Notes under the pieces: model-generated
Database searches by the model: none
Seen by the model: only the letters and a program-made list of their open reading frames with translations
Told to the model about the DNA's origin: nothing
In this document: positions 47,969 to 57,964 of the stretch, in pieces
How the letters are laid out: each line of letters opens with the position of its first letter
Numbering within the stretch: the stretch's first letter is position 1
Program-made: the position numbers and the translations under genes
NCBI GenBank assembly: GCA_038740375.1
Contig: JAVYLW010000001.1
Location: 11,530 to 75,529, forward strand
Reading direction: 5' to 3'
DNA from: Candidatus Pacearchaeota archaeon
GTDB taxonomy: Archaea; Nanobdellota; Nanobdellia; Pacearchaeales; GW2011-AR1
DNA: 64,000 nucleotides

Positions 47969-49681
47969 ATGGCTATTGAAATACCAATACAATTTAGAAA
48001 AAGGGAATTTAGGTTTGTTTTACTGGATAAGGAAGCAAAAAGACCCATTGAGAAAGATTGGCAAACAATAAGTAATTATGAGTTTGACGATTCTAAATTA
48101 TTGAGACATTTGGAGAATGGTGGAAATTATGGAATTCTAATGGGAAGAGGAAGATTAATTTGCTTTGATTTGGATAACCCAAACTTAGTATCTTATTATG
48201 ATGAGAAATTTAAGGATACTCTAATTGTTGAGACTGGCTCAAAGAAAAGACACTATTTCTTTTTTAGCGATTTTAAAACAAATAAAAGAATAAATAATGT
48301 TGGAGAAATTAGGTGTGAACGTATGCAACTTGTTGGAGCTAATTCTATCCATCCAAATAAACAACCTTACAAAATTATTAATAATAATGAAATAAAAGAA
48401 ATTTCTGATGTTGAGTTAAATGAACTCTTTAAAACAATTTTTAGTGATGGAACTACCTTTGTTGTTAAAGGTATGGATGATAGTATGAGCGGGATAGAGT
48501 ATCATGAGATTGGAAAATTATTGAAAGAAGGAAAAACTAAAGAAGAAATTTTTAAACATATGGAGAATCCAATTTTTGAAAAGTGGAATACACACGGACT
48601 TAAGTATCCACAATATAGAGAGTTAACTTTTGAGAGAGCTAAAGAATTTTTGATAAACACAAATCAACTACCATTAACACAACAAACACAAAATAATATT
48701 AATAATAATTATCCATTTTGGACAATTGTAGATTATGAAAATTACAAACCATCTAAGAACTATATAATTGAGGAACTTGTATACCCTGAAGAGATTGAAA
48801 TGGTTTATAGCCAATCTGGACATTTTAAAAGTTTAGATGGATTGTATAGGGCTGTTTGTATTGTGAGTGGGAAAAAATATTTAGGAAAGTTTAGAGTTAA
48901 GAAATGTGCTGTTGGAATTATATCCGCTGAAAATCACAAAAAGATTGATAAGATAAGGCTTAAAGCTATTATGAGAGGATTGAAGATTAGGAAGAAGAAT
49001 TTACCATTATATATTCTACCTCGTGAAAATTGTAGAGACATTTTGGATATGGATTTTAAACTTTTGATAGAAGACTTTATTTGTAAGAAAGGAATTAAAG
49101 TTTTATTTATTGATACTATCAATCCAGTTACACCACAAGTCGACGACAACAAAGCAAAAGATGTTACAAGAATTTATAATGAATTTTTTAAACCATTAGT
49201 TGATAAGTATAAGATTACAATTTGTTTTTTCCATCATACTGACAAGAAAGCTACATCATTTTTAGGTTCTATGAAATTTAGAGCAAATAGTGATGTTGTT
49301 TATTTTATTGATAGGAAAGGACTTGAACTAAAATATACAATTTACAATGAAAAAAATAGAGAAGGAGAAATAGGAAGTTTAGAGGTTGGCGTTCAGTTTA
49401 CCAACAATAAAAAAGAGACAAAAGAAATAAAATTCTTTTTGTTAAAACAAAGTGAACAAAAAGGTATAGGAACTGTTAAAAGAAAAACTAAAAGTCAATT
49501 ATTTGAGGAGAAAATAAATTCTTTTGTTTCAAACAAACCAATTAGCCGAGGAGATTTAATAAAATTGTGTGATAGCGTTGGAAGTGTATCTGTATTTGAT
49601 AAGGCTTTAAGAGGATTGGTGAAACAAGGACAATTAATCAAAAGCAAAGAAGGTTATACTAAAAATGAAAATCCAATTTAA
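47969..49681 (+). CDS. plasmid/virus-type replication protein: N-terminal Prim-Pol (bifunctional primase-polymerase) domain plus C-terminal RecA-like domain
   Basis: 570 aa. Prim-Pol signature FVLLDKEAKRPIEKDW...NYGILMGRGRLICFDLD...HYFFFSD. C-terminal RecA-like region with hhhhD Walker B (KVLFIDTI) and a degenerate P-loop (SQSGHFKS). Confidence 0.65.
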   Translation: MAIEIPIQFRKREFRFVLLDKEAKRPIEKDWQTISNYEFDDSKLLRHLENGGNYGILMGRGRLICFDLDNPNLVSYYDEKFKDTLIVETGSKKRHYFFFSDFKTNKRINNVGEIRCERMQLVGANSIHPNKQPYKIINNNEIKEISDVELNELFKTIFSDGTTFVVKGMDDSMSGIEYHEIGKLLKEGKTKEEIFKHMENPIFEKWNTHGLKYPQYRELTFERAKEFLINTNQLPLTQQTQNNINNNYPFWTIVDYENYKPSKNYIIEELVYPEEIEMVYSQSGHFKSLDGLYRAVCIVSGKKYLGKFRVKKCAVGIISAENHKKIDKIRLKAIMRGLKIRKKNLPLYILPRENCRDILDMDFKLLIEDFICKKGIKVLFIDTINPVTPQVDDNKAKDVTRIYNEFFKPLVDKYKITICFFHHTDKKATSFLGSMKFRANSDVVYFIDRKGLELKYTIYNEKNREGEIGSLEVGVQFTNNKKETKEIKFFLLKQSEQKGIGTVKRKTKSQLFEEKINSFVSNKPISRGDLIKLCDSVGSVSVFDKALRGLVKQGQLIKSKEGYTKNENPI

Positions 49682-49776
49682 TCATACTCTGGGTAAAATG
49701 TCAAGTGGTTTTGATAGGGAGAGCCATCTTCCTTTAGCTCCAATTCTATTTGACATTCCCGGAGGTTTAAATTAAA

Positions 49777-50052
49777 ATGGAAAAAGAACAAGTCGAAATA
49801 ATAGGTATTGTTGATAAGGGGATATGGAGAAAGAGGAATGCAGAATCCCATTATCAAGAATGTAACTTCCAATTAGAATCTGGAGAAGATATTTGGTGTA
49901 TCTGGTTTATTCCAAATATAAGAAGAGGTTGGAAAGTAAGAGTTGTTGGTAGTTGGAGTGAACATAAAAAATATATCAACGCTACATATGTAGAAAGAAT
50001 TTTTGAAAAACAAAAAGATAAACAAATACAATTAAAGGAGTTTATGAAATGA
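49777..50052 (+). CDS. hypothetical protein (overlaps resolvase start)
   Basis: 91 aa. ATGA overlap with the following serine recombinase gene. Confidence 0.35.
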   Translation: MEKEQVEIIGIVDKGIWRKRNAESHYQECNFQLESGEDIWCIWFIPNIRRGWKVRVVGSWSEHKKYINATYVERIFEKQKDKQIQLKEFMK

Positions 50053-50564
50053 AAATAGCTTTGTATTGTAGGGCTTCAACTAGTGAAGATAAACAAAACT
50101 TAGACAATCAAATTAATCCATTAATTGAGAAATGTAAGAAAGAAGGTTGGGAATACGAGGTATTTAAAGAGTATGCATCTGGAGTTAGGGAAAGTAGACC
50201 TCAATTAGATGTTATGATGGGTAAGATTAGGAATAAAGAGTTTAATGGAATTATGGTTTGGAGAATTGATAGATTAGGTAGAAGTTTAAAACATCTTTTA
50301 CAATTAATTGAGGAATTTAGGAATAGGAAGGTTAAGTTTATTTCATTAACTGAGGGTTTTGATACATCAACTCCACAAGGAGAGTTGTTTATGTCTATTG
50401 CGGGAGCGTTTGCTCAATTTGAAAGAAAACTTATACAGGAGAGAGTGTATGCAGGACTTGAAAGAGCTAAACTTCAAGGTAAACAAATTGGGAGACCTAA
50501 AGGAAGTAAAGATAAGAAGGTTAGAAGGAAGAGTGGTTATCTTTTGAGATATGCTAACAAATAA
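50049..50564 (+). CDS. serine recombinase (resolvase/invertase family)
   Basis: 171 aa. Catalytic Ser in ALYCRASTSEDKQ, conserved R..D.G.S, RIDRLGR and FAQFER(K)LI motifs. Short C-terminus with weak HTH. Confidence 0.75.
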   Translation: MKIALYCRASTSEDKQNLDNQINPLIEKCKKEGWEYEVFKEYASGVRESRPQLDVMMGKIRNKEFNGIMVWRIDRLGRSLKHLLQLIEEFRNRKVKFISLTEGFDTSTPQGELFMSIAGAFAQFERKLIQERVYAGLERAKLQGKQIGRPKGSKDKKVRRKSGYLLRYANK

Positions 50565-50627
50565 CCTACCCTATCAATTCTTTATTTAATTTGTATTGTA
50601 AACTTTAAAACTAAAAAACCAAATGGT

Positions 50628-50652
50628 TGTTTGGTATTTCTTAGACGTAATT
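50628..50652 (+). terminator. hairpin ACCAAA-tggttg-TTTGGT followed by T-rich tract after resolvase gene
   Basis: Seen about 60 nt downstream of the 50564 stop. Confidence 0.35.
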
Positions 50653-50721
50653 GAGTTTTGAGTTAAATTGCTTAAAAGTTTTATTTAATTCAAATAAAGA
50701 GAGCAAAAACGAGAATTTTTT

Positions 50722-50762
50722 ATGTGATGCACATAATTACAACTTTGTATGATGCACATAAA
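50722..50762. repeat. direct repeat (G/A)TGATGCACATAA x2 with internal dyad TATGTG-ATG-CACATA
   Basis: tatgtgatgcacataattacaactttgtatgatgcacataaaa. Confidence 0.7.
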
Positions 50763-51233
50763 AAATATTAGGTGATACGTATAAGAAAAGTGCTATTTTT
50801 ACTGCTAATATAAATGAAATGAAAAAATTAACTGGCTTAACTCAAAATAGACTCACACCTAACAATTATCGACGATATTTTTATGGATACAAATAAAAAG
50901 AAGGACTGTTTATTTTTATTATGAAGATTATTTTAACAATCAAATCGAACAAAGGAATACATACAACTCCAAAAGAAAATGATTTTATTGTTGAGAAGAT
51001 TTTGGAAGTTGGTTCTTATTTAGAGAAAAAGTTTGGTAATGTCAAAATTGGAAAGTGTAAGTGTTTATATGATGGTGTTACACTTATACTCAAAAGTTAA
51101 GGTATAGGTAGTATAAAAACACCTCAAATTTGTTCTTAAAAGGACTTATAGGGAAGAAAATGAACTCCCATAATGGTTTTTATTATGTTTTTGAAAATTA
51201 ATCATTTTTGATTGTATATTAACTAAACCACTA

Positions 51234-51283
51234 CTTATCGTTTATCATACACTATAAGTGTGTATGATAAGATAAACGATAAA
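51234..51283. repeat. long inverted repeat (about 19-bp arms, TATAA loop): CTTATCGTTTATCATACAC / GTGTGTATGATAAGATAAACGATAAAG
   Basis: Near-perfect palindrome in the 1.6 kb gene-poor stretch following the plasmid-like module. Confidence 0.7.
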
Positions 51284-52180
51284 GTGTAACGTGGTTGTCA
51301 ATTATTGAAATGTTAAATTTGTTGATATGATAATTGATAAGATGATTTTTAATTGTATATGTTCAATTTTTTTAATTTTTATTACTTTTTATGTATTTGT
51401 GATTATTGGGGAAATGGAGTTTGGTGTTAGGGGGTGATAAAATCCAATAAAACAATACTAAAAGTTCATTAAAAATTACATTAAAGTGTATATGGGAATA
51501 CGAATGGCTTGTATTCCTCAAAATGTTAAAAGTGTGGTGGCAAAAGATTATTAAAGTTTAATATAGTGGACACTTTGTGCTACTATATTATAAAATAAAT
51601 TTTCTAATTAATTAATAAGTACGATTATATTTTAAACAAAAGTTGAACTATATTTATTAATAATGTTCATTTTAAATTTTATTATACTATTAAATTATAT
51701 ACAAAAACTATTCTTTCAAATCTATAATATATTTGACTACTCCTTTTTTCCAATTAACTATTTTTCTCCAAGTTGCTTGAGGATAATTTTTTATTATATG
51801 CTCAATTATTCCCCATTTCTTCTCTAAAGCAAGATTTGCTCCTCCAATTAATACAAAAGATAATTTAATTATCATTTTAATCTATTATAAATAGTATTTT
51901 TTCTTTAAATAAAAAACTATTTATTGAAATATATATTTTAATTATATACATATTTATAAACAAAAAACTTGAAGAGTGATAACATTTAATTTTATAGTGG
52001 TAATAGGAAGATTAAATAAATTTAAATAATTACTAAATTGACTATTCTCTCAAAATTTTTTAAAAATATCTTTCTTTAAAAAAGAATAAAAATATTATTA
52101 AGATTCATAATTGAGTTATATCAAAATGTTTTTAATCTTTTTAAAGCTATTATTTAAAAATTAAAATTTAAATTTAAAAA

Positions 52181-53002
52181 ATGGCAATAATATACTCTCA
52201 TTCAAAACTGTCTAGTTTTGAACAATGTCCTTTAAAATACAAATTCAGATATATAGATAATATTGAGCCAGAAATAAAACAAACTATTGAAGGTTTTTTA
52301 GGAAATAGAGTTCACGATACTTTAGAATATCTTTATAACGAAATTAAAAAGGATAGTCGCGTTCCAGAATTAGACGAAATAATAAAATTTTATAATAATT
52401 TATGGTATCAAGAATATTCTGAAGATATTAAAATCGTTAATGAAAATATGAATGTAGAATATTATTACAATTTAGGAATTAAATTTTTAATAGATTATTA
52501 TTTTAGTAATAGACCCTTTAAAGATAACACTATAGCAACTGAAATGAAAATAACAGTTTCTCTTGATTCTGAAGAAAAATTTCAGATTCAAGGGTATATA
52601 GATAGATTAGTGCATCATAAGGATACAAACATTTTTGAGATACACGACTATAAGACAGGTAATTTTTTAAAATCTCAAGAAGAATTAGATAAAGACAGGC
52701 AATTAGCTTTATACTCTTTAGGAATAAGAGATATGTTTCCAGAAGCAAAAGATGTTCTTTTAATATGGCATTTTCTTGCTTTCAACAAAAAAATAATTTC
52801 AAAAAGAACAATTGAGGAATTAGAAAAATTAAAACAAGACACTATACTCTTAATTAACAAAATTGAGAATGCTAAAAATTTTCCAGCAAAACCGAGTTGT
52901 CTTTGCAAATGGTGTGAGTTTCAAAAAATTTGTCCTGAAGTAAAATTTGAGTTAATAAAAGAGAATGTTGATATTTGTAAAATAGAAGATAATGGAGTGT
53001 AA
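52181..53002 (+). CDS. Cas4-like PD-(D/E)xK nuclease with C-terminal Fe-S cysteine cluster (no CRISPR locus nearby)
   Basis: 273 aa. N-terminal YSHSKLSSFEQCPLKYKFRYI, motif II GYIDRL, motif III IHDYKTG, C-terminal CLCKWCEFQKICP (with N-terminal Cys = 4 Cys). Confidence 0.7.
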   Translation: MAIIYSHSKLSSFEQCPLKYKFRYIDNIEPEIKQTIEGFLGNRVHDTLEYLYNEIKKDSRVPELDEIIKFYNNLWYQEYSEDIKIVNENMNVEYYYNLGIKFLIDYYFSNRPFKDNTIATEMKITVSLDSEEKFQIQGYIDRLVHHKDTNIFEIHDYKTGNFLKSQEELDKDRQLALYSLGIRDMFPEAKDVLLIWHFLAFNKKIISKRTIEELEKLKQDTILLINKIENAKNFPAKPSCLCKWCEFQKICPEVKFELIKENVDICKIEDNGV

Positions 53003-53098
53003 TTAATAAAATAACTTACCACAAATATACTAATTCTAAAAAGCAAGATTTTCTAAAGTATAGTTTTATAAACTTTATTTATTTTTAAATATTAAAAT

Positions 53099-53515
53099 AT
53101 GAAAAAAAAAGAGAAAATAGAAAAGAGTGTAAAAGAAATAAAAAAAACAGAAAAAAAAGAGATTAAAATAAGTTTCATTTTAAATATTATTGGAGGTATA
53201 TTCAATTTTATTTTTTGCATATTTTTGATATATAATCTTATTCTTTATATGCAAAAAGATTCTTATTTAGGAGAAATAAACACCGCAATTTCAATTTTAT
53301 TATTCGTATTAATCTTTTGTTTTTTTATTGCAGGAATTTTTATATTATACTCAGGATTTTTAATGAGAAAAGGAGGAGGAGAAGCTAAAAGAGGAGCTAC
53401 GATATCCTTAATTTTTGGAATTTTAACTTTTAATTTATTAGCAATAATATCAAGTTTTGTATGTTATTTAAACTCATATACAAATTTAACAATACCTAAT
53501 AAAGCTAGTAATTAA
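53099..53515 (+). CDS. small membrane protein, hypothetical
   Basis: 138 aa. K/E-rich N-terminus then 3-4 TM helices. Confidence 0.45.
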   Translation: MKKKEKIEKSVKEIKKTEKKEIKISFILNIIGGIFNFIFCIFLIYNLILYMQKDSYLGEINTAISILLFVLIFCFFIAGIFILYSGFLMRKGGGEAKRGATISLIFGILTFNLLAIISSFVCYLNSYTNLTIPNKASN

Positions 53516-53544
53516 AAACTTAATCTACTTTATCTCTTTTCATT

Positions 53545-55584
53545 TTATACAAAATTAAATTCTAAGACTCTTACATCCGGAGAAAAAAGTTCTATTTTAT
53601 CATCTTTTGAACGAAGTCCTCTATAAACTCTTTGTAAAAGTTCGCGATTTGCTTTATCTATATAAAAGGGCATAAAAATAAGCGGTCTTGTTTTTTTTAA
53701 TATTTTCCAAAATATTCCATTCACATTAGGATACGGAAACTTAGTAATTACTATACTATTACACATGTCTCCTGGAAAATCAATCCCTCTATTACATTTA
53801 GTAGTAAAAAGTATATCTAATTTTTTATTTTTAAAATCAAATATCCTCTCTCCTAAAGAGTCATTTTTTTGTATTTCAATAAGTTCATCTTGTGTTGGCA
53901 AATTATTTAGATTATACATTTTTTTTTCTTTATCTGTTGGAAGATCGTTAAACGCAGTAACATTAACTAAAACAGGTTTTTTTGAGATATCAACTATTTT
54001 AGATAGCGCTGTCAAATATTTTTCTCTTGTTATTAAATTTTTTTGAAAACTTTCATAACTACAATCCATTTCCAGATTTGTTTTATTTTTAATAATTTTT
54101 CCCTGAGTCTTTGTCTCTGCATAAATAATTTTAAAATCCGTTATACCAAAGATGTTTCTTATAACAAATTCAGAATGAATAGTTCCAGACATTAAAATTA
54201 AAATTTTATTTTTATTTAAAAGTTCTTTAAATTTTTTTTCAAGATTTGTTGTGACTAAACTTATTATAAAGTCGTTTTCCTTTTTTTCTATTGAAAAAAA
54301 AGTTTCATCAAAAAATTTAGAAAAAGATCTTGCAACTTCATCTAAATGACATAAGTAACTTGACTCATCAGTTTCTATTATATCCATTAAATCAGAATTT
54401 TCTAGGACAGTTTTTAAAAGATATTCAATGTCAGTATTTTTGATTGGAAAAATGTCTGAATTTTCACCATATCTTTTTGATATTTTTATATTATTCGTTA
54501 TGTCATTTAATAATTTAATAAATTTCTTTATTTTGATGTCTTCTTCATGAACAGAATTTAAAGCAAAGAATAATTTATTTAAACTGATATTTTCTTCAAC
54601 TGTAAAGCTGTCTAAAAATTCGTCACATTCATCAATTATCTCTATTTCTGTTAAAGGTTTTCTATTCATTAAAGATTCTATTTTGTATTTTAAAGAGTTA
54701 AAAATAATAACGTCCGATTCTGCATAAGAAATATATTGATCGTAATATCCGCAACCAGGCTTTCTTCTATTTATAACAAATTTTTTATTAGAAAGTCCAT
54801 TATAACTTATTTTTTTAGAATCCTTGAGGTTATTATTAGAATATTCTGCAGGTAAAATAGGCGACCAGTAAGGACATAAAGGAGCTATTAAAATTCTTTT
54901 TATATCTTTAATATCCTCAAATTCATAAATTTCTTTATCAAGATTTTCTTTAATATAATTTTTTATAATTTCTATGTTCTTTTCTTTTATTTCTATTTTA
55001 CAAGGTATATAATCATTGTCGCAAGAAAAATCTGTATTATTCTTTAAATTATTTTCTTCTTCTTCAGAATTTTTAAATAAAGAAATGTTTCTTTCTTTTT
55101 TTAAACTTATAACTCTTCTTAATTCTTTATTTTCTTCTAAAAATCTACATTTAAAATTTTTACGACCAATTATAGAAGAAATTTTTAATTTTTCATTTTT
55201 TTCAAGTTCTTTCTTTAAATTAGGATAATTAACAAATTCCGGAAAGTCATCAACTCTAAATTTATTTTTTTTAAATACATATTTTTTATGAGTATAATCT
55301 TTAATATATTGTTCTTGGAGAGACTTTATTGGAACAACAATAGATGTTTTTCCAAATTCACGAGCAAGATTAAGAGCTATAGCAGATTTTCCAGTTCCAC
55401 ATATTCCCTTTATAAAAATTATTCTACATCCTTTTTTAATTTCTTCAATTACTTCTTCTATTACATTTAATTGAGTTTTTCCATTAGAGTAAACTAATGG
55501 AGCTAACTCTTTTTCTTCTTCAAAAAGAGACCAAGTCATAAAATAATAATTAAAATAAAGATATATAAATATAAAGGATAACAA
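53545..55584 (-). CDS. divergent XPD/Rad3/DinG-like SF2 helicase with putative Fe-S domain
   Basis: 679 aa. Walker A GICGTGKS. Four Cys including a CPY motif (FKC..., FSCDNDYIPC, LCPYW). DECD box (IIDECDEF). C-terminal TKCNRGIDFPGD...FPYPN and QRVYRGLR resemble XPD/DinG motifs V and VI. Confidence 0.55.
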   Translation of the reverse strand: MLSFIFIYLYFNYYFMTWSLFEEEKELAPLVYSNGKTQLNVIEEVIEEIKKGCRIIFIKGICGTGKSAIALNLAREFGKTSIVVPIKSLQEQYIKDYTHKKYVFKKNKFRVDDFPEFVNYPNLKKELEKNEKLKISSIIGRKNFKCRFLEENKELRRVISLKKERNISLFKNSEEEENNLKNNTDFSCDNDYIPCKIEIKEKNIEIIKNYIKENLDKEIYEFEDIKDIKRILIAPLCPYWSPILPAEYSNNNLKDSKKISYNGLSNKKFVINRRKPGCGYYDQYISYAESDVIIFNSLKYKIESLMNRKPLTEIEIIDECDEFLDSFTVEENISLNKLFFALNSVHEEDIKIKKFIKLLNDITNNIKISKRYGENSDIFPIKNTDIEYLLKTVLENSDLMDIIETDESSYLCHLDEVARSFSKFFDETFFSIEKKENDFIISLVTTNLEKKFKELLNKNKILILMSGTIHSEFVIRNIFGITDFKIIYAETKTQGKIIKNKTNLEMDCSYESFQKNLITREKYLTALSKIVDISKKPVLVNVTAFNDLPTDKEKKMYNLNNLPTQDELIEIQKNDSLGERIFDFKNKKLDILFTTKCNRGIDFPGDMCNSIVITKFPYPNVNGIFWKILKKTRPLIFMPFYIDKANRELLQRVYRGLRSKDDKIELFSPDVRVLEFNFV

Positions 55585-55602
55585 ATTATGTTATTTTTAT
55601 AG

Positions 55603-56238
55603 CTATTCATTTTCTTCAGAACGTATATATTCTATTACAGTATAGAAGCATCTTAATAAAAATTCTACAAAGAATATTAGTATTAAAAATATTAATAACA
55701 TATCAATAAAATTAGGTAAGTTAATTATTCTTTCATATATTCTGCTAAAATTTAAAAATCTTGGATTAATTACAAATATAACAAGTAATGTAAATGGAAA
55801 AGCTTTTGCAATTTCTCTTGCTAAATCCTGTTTTATATATGCAGCAATTCTAGCAGATACTATTATTGCTGTCGATAATAATAATACTTCAGATAACTCA
55901 AGAGACTCTGACAATAGAAAAATAAAAAATGAGAATGCAGCATACCAAAATATAACTAAAAATGGAAGTATTATTAAGTATTCTAATATAAACCAAATAA
56001 CAGCAAAAAATTTTGCAGAATCCTTATTTAATAATTTATTATATTTTTTTAAGTTTAATTTAATTATTTCTCTTGAACCCATTAATTTATAAAATTTCCA
56101 CGTGAATATGCCATATAACAATATTAATAAAACATAAAATCCTAAAATCATTAAAGTTTTATAAGGTTCTTCAACAGTGTCTATAAATTTTTTTATATAT
56201 TCAAAACTAAAATATAACACCTCTTCTAATATTTTCAT
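55603..56238 (-). CDS. polytopic membrane protein, hypothetical
   Basis: 211 aa with about 5 TM helices. Confidence 0.45.
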   Translation of the reverse strand: MKILEEVLYFSFEYIKKFIDTVEEPYKTLMILGFYVLLILLYGIFTWKFYKLMGSREIIKLNLKKYNKLLNKDSAKFFAVIWFILEYLIILPFLVIFWYAAFSFFIFLLSESLELSEVLLLSTAIIVSARIAAYIKQDLAREIAKAFPFTLLVIFVINPRFLNFSRIYERIINLPNFIDMLLIFLILIFFVEFLLRCFYTVIEYIRSEENE

Positions 56239-56368
56239 AAAAAATTTAATTTAAAATACTTAATAAAATTTTTGCTTAAAATTATCTTATTAGAAAATAT
56301 ATTTTTTATTATTTCTATACTTATTAATTTATCAATAATTAATCTCTTAAATTTTTTCTATATCTTCT

Positions 56369-56746
56369 TTATTGATATTCATTCCCTATAATATTTTTTT
56401 CTAAATTATTATAGCAATCATTTATAAAATTCTTATTTTCAAGATTAATATTCTTTTTAGAACTATAATTTTTTATCGCTTTTTCAATTTCCTCTCTTTT
56501 AGAAGGTTCAATTACTAAATTACAATACATTATAAATCCTCCTTTTTGAGCTTTTATTCTTAAAGTTTTTGTAGTATCATTATAATATTGTATTTTTGTT
56601 TCAAATCTATTCGCATAATTTCTGCAAATAAATCTTCCACCACCATTTATTTTAACTCCTGGTAAAAGTTCTAAAAAACAATAAAAATCATAAAGCGAAG
56701 AAGGTATTCTATGTCTTTTTCCATCAAGCCTTATTGTACCTTTCAT
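56369..56746 (-). CDS. hypothetical protein occupying the position downstream of S9
   Basis: 125 aa. No match to RpoN (which usually follows S9 in archaea). No recognisable motif. Confidence 0.4.
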   Translation of the reverse strand: MKGTIRLDGKRHRIPSSLYDFYCFLELLPGVKINGGGRFICRNYANRFETKIQYYNDTTKTLRIKAQKGGFIMYCNLVIEPSKREEIEKAIKNYSSKKNINLENKNFINDCYNNLEKNIIGNEYQ

Positions 56747-56770
56747 AATATAAAATTAATCTTATTAAGT

Positions 56771-57178
56771 TTATCTGAATGATTTCTGTCTTTTTCTTCT
56801 AGCTTTTGAATCTCCTGGTTTATAAGCTTCTTTTCTTCTTGTGTCTGATATAAGTAAATTTTTATCGTATCTTAGATACGCTTTTTTTAATTCTTGAGAT
56901 TTTGATAAACTAACAATTGCTCTTGCAATTGCAAGTCTTGCAGCATGATTCTGACTAGAGCTTCCTCCAGATTTAACATTAACAAATATATCATATTTAA
57001 AATCACCTAGTACTTTTTTTGCAATTTCAATAGGTTCTTCTATTTCAAGTCTTTTAAAAAAATCAAGATTTTGATAAGGAATGTTATTTATGAAAACTTT
57101 TCCATTTCCTTCTACTATTGTTGCTTTTGCAATTGCAGTTTTTCTTTTTCCACCAACTACTATTTTTTTATCAATCAT
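56771..57178 (-). CDS. rps9: ribosomal protein uS9
   Basis: 135 aa. Conserved C-terminus ...KPGDSKARRKRQKSFR and GGG/TAIAKA core. Confidence 0.85.
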   Translation of the reverse strand: MIDKKIVVGGKRKTAIAKATIVEGNGKVFINNIPYQNLDFFKRLEIEEPIEIAKKVLGDFKYDIFVNVKSGGSSSQNHAARLAIARAIVSLSKSQELKKAYLRYDKNLLISDTRRKEAYKPGDSKARRKRQKSFR

Positions 57179-57179
57179 T

Positions 57180-57587
57180 TTATAATTTTTCTGAAAGTTC
57201 TTTTATTTCTATGAATTTATTAGTTTTATTTGTTTTAATTTTTACCATTTCTTGATTTTCATACTCTTTTGGAATTCCCTCATAGCATTTTATTCTTTTT
57301 AAAGCCTCTCTTCCTTCACCCCATCTAAAATCCGGAAGCATTCCTCTTATAGCTCTTTTTACGATTCTATAACTTAATTTTGAATATTTAGGTCCTTTTT
57401 GCGAATAGCCTCCTTTTTTTCTTAATTTTCGATATTTTTCTATAATATTTTTTTTGTTTCCAGAAATTATAGCTTTTTCAGAATTTAAAATTATTATATC
57501 ATTTCCTTCTAATGCTTGCTTTGCAGCAAAACTAGCTAGTCTTCCTAAAATTGTTTCTTGTGCATCGATAATTATCTTTTTTGCCAT
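57180..57587 (-). CDS. rpl13: ribosomal protein uL13
   Basis: 135 aa. N-terminal IIDAQETILGRLASFAAKQALEGNDIIILNSEKAIISG typical of archaeal L13. Confidence 0.85.
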   Translation of the reverse strand: MAKKIIIDAQETILGRLASFAAKQALEGNDIIILNSEKAIISGNKKNIIEKYRKLRKKGGYSQKGPKYSKLSYRIVKRAIRGMLPDFRWGEGREALKRIKCYEGIPKEYENQEMVKIKTNKTNKFIEIKELSEKL

Positions 57588-57595
57588 TTTATTTC

Positions 57596-57964
57596 TTATT
57601 TTTGTATTATTTTATAATCAGATAAATTAGAATTTTTCTCAAGTTCTTCTTTTATAGTTCTAAATTCACATCCTGCTTTTTTTAATTTTTCTTTTGCTTG
57701 TTTCGAATAAGATAGAGCTAGTATATTTAATTTTTTATTTTTATTTATTTCTCCACTTCCTAAAATTTTTCCAGGAACTATTATTTTCTCTTCTTTTATA
57801 TCGTTTAATTGAGATAAATTGATAGTAATTCTTTGTTTTGTTGAAACAGACAATTTTTTTGCAAGTTCTAAATTTCCACTTTTTTTAGATAAAAAAATAG
57901 TATCTACTAAGTATGGATTAGTTTTTCTTCTCATTTTTTTATTTATTTCTGTTTTTGATATCAT
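57596..57964 (-). CDS. rpl18e: ribosomal protein eL18 (L18e)
   Basis: 122 aa. KTNPYLVDTI...INLSQL...IIVPGKILGSGEI...ILALSYSKQAKEKLKKAGCEF pattern. Confidence 0.75.
   Translation of the reverse strand: MISKTEINKKMRRKTNPYLVDTIFLSKKSGNLELAKKLSVSTKQRITINLSQLNDIKEEKIIVPGKILGSGEINKNKKLNILALSYSKQAKEKLKKAGCEFRTIKEELEKNSNLSDYKIIQK

Noticed and set aside
51714-51881. 55-aa minus-strand ORF (MIIKLSFVLIGGANLALEKKWG...) as a fragment of a folate-pathway enzyme
   Set aside because: The similarity is too weak to support. It is likely a chance ORF in the noncoding part of the island.
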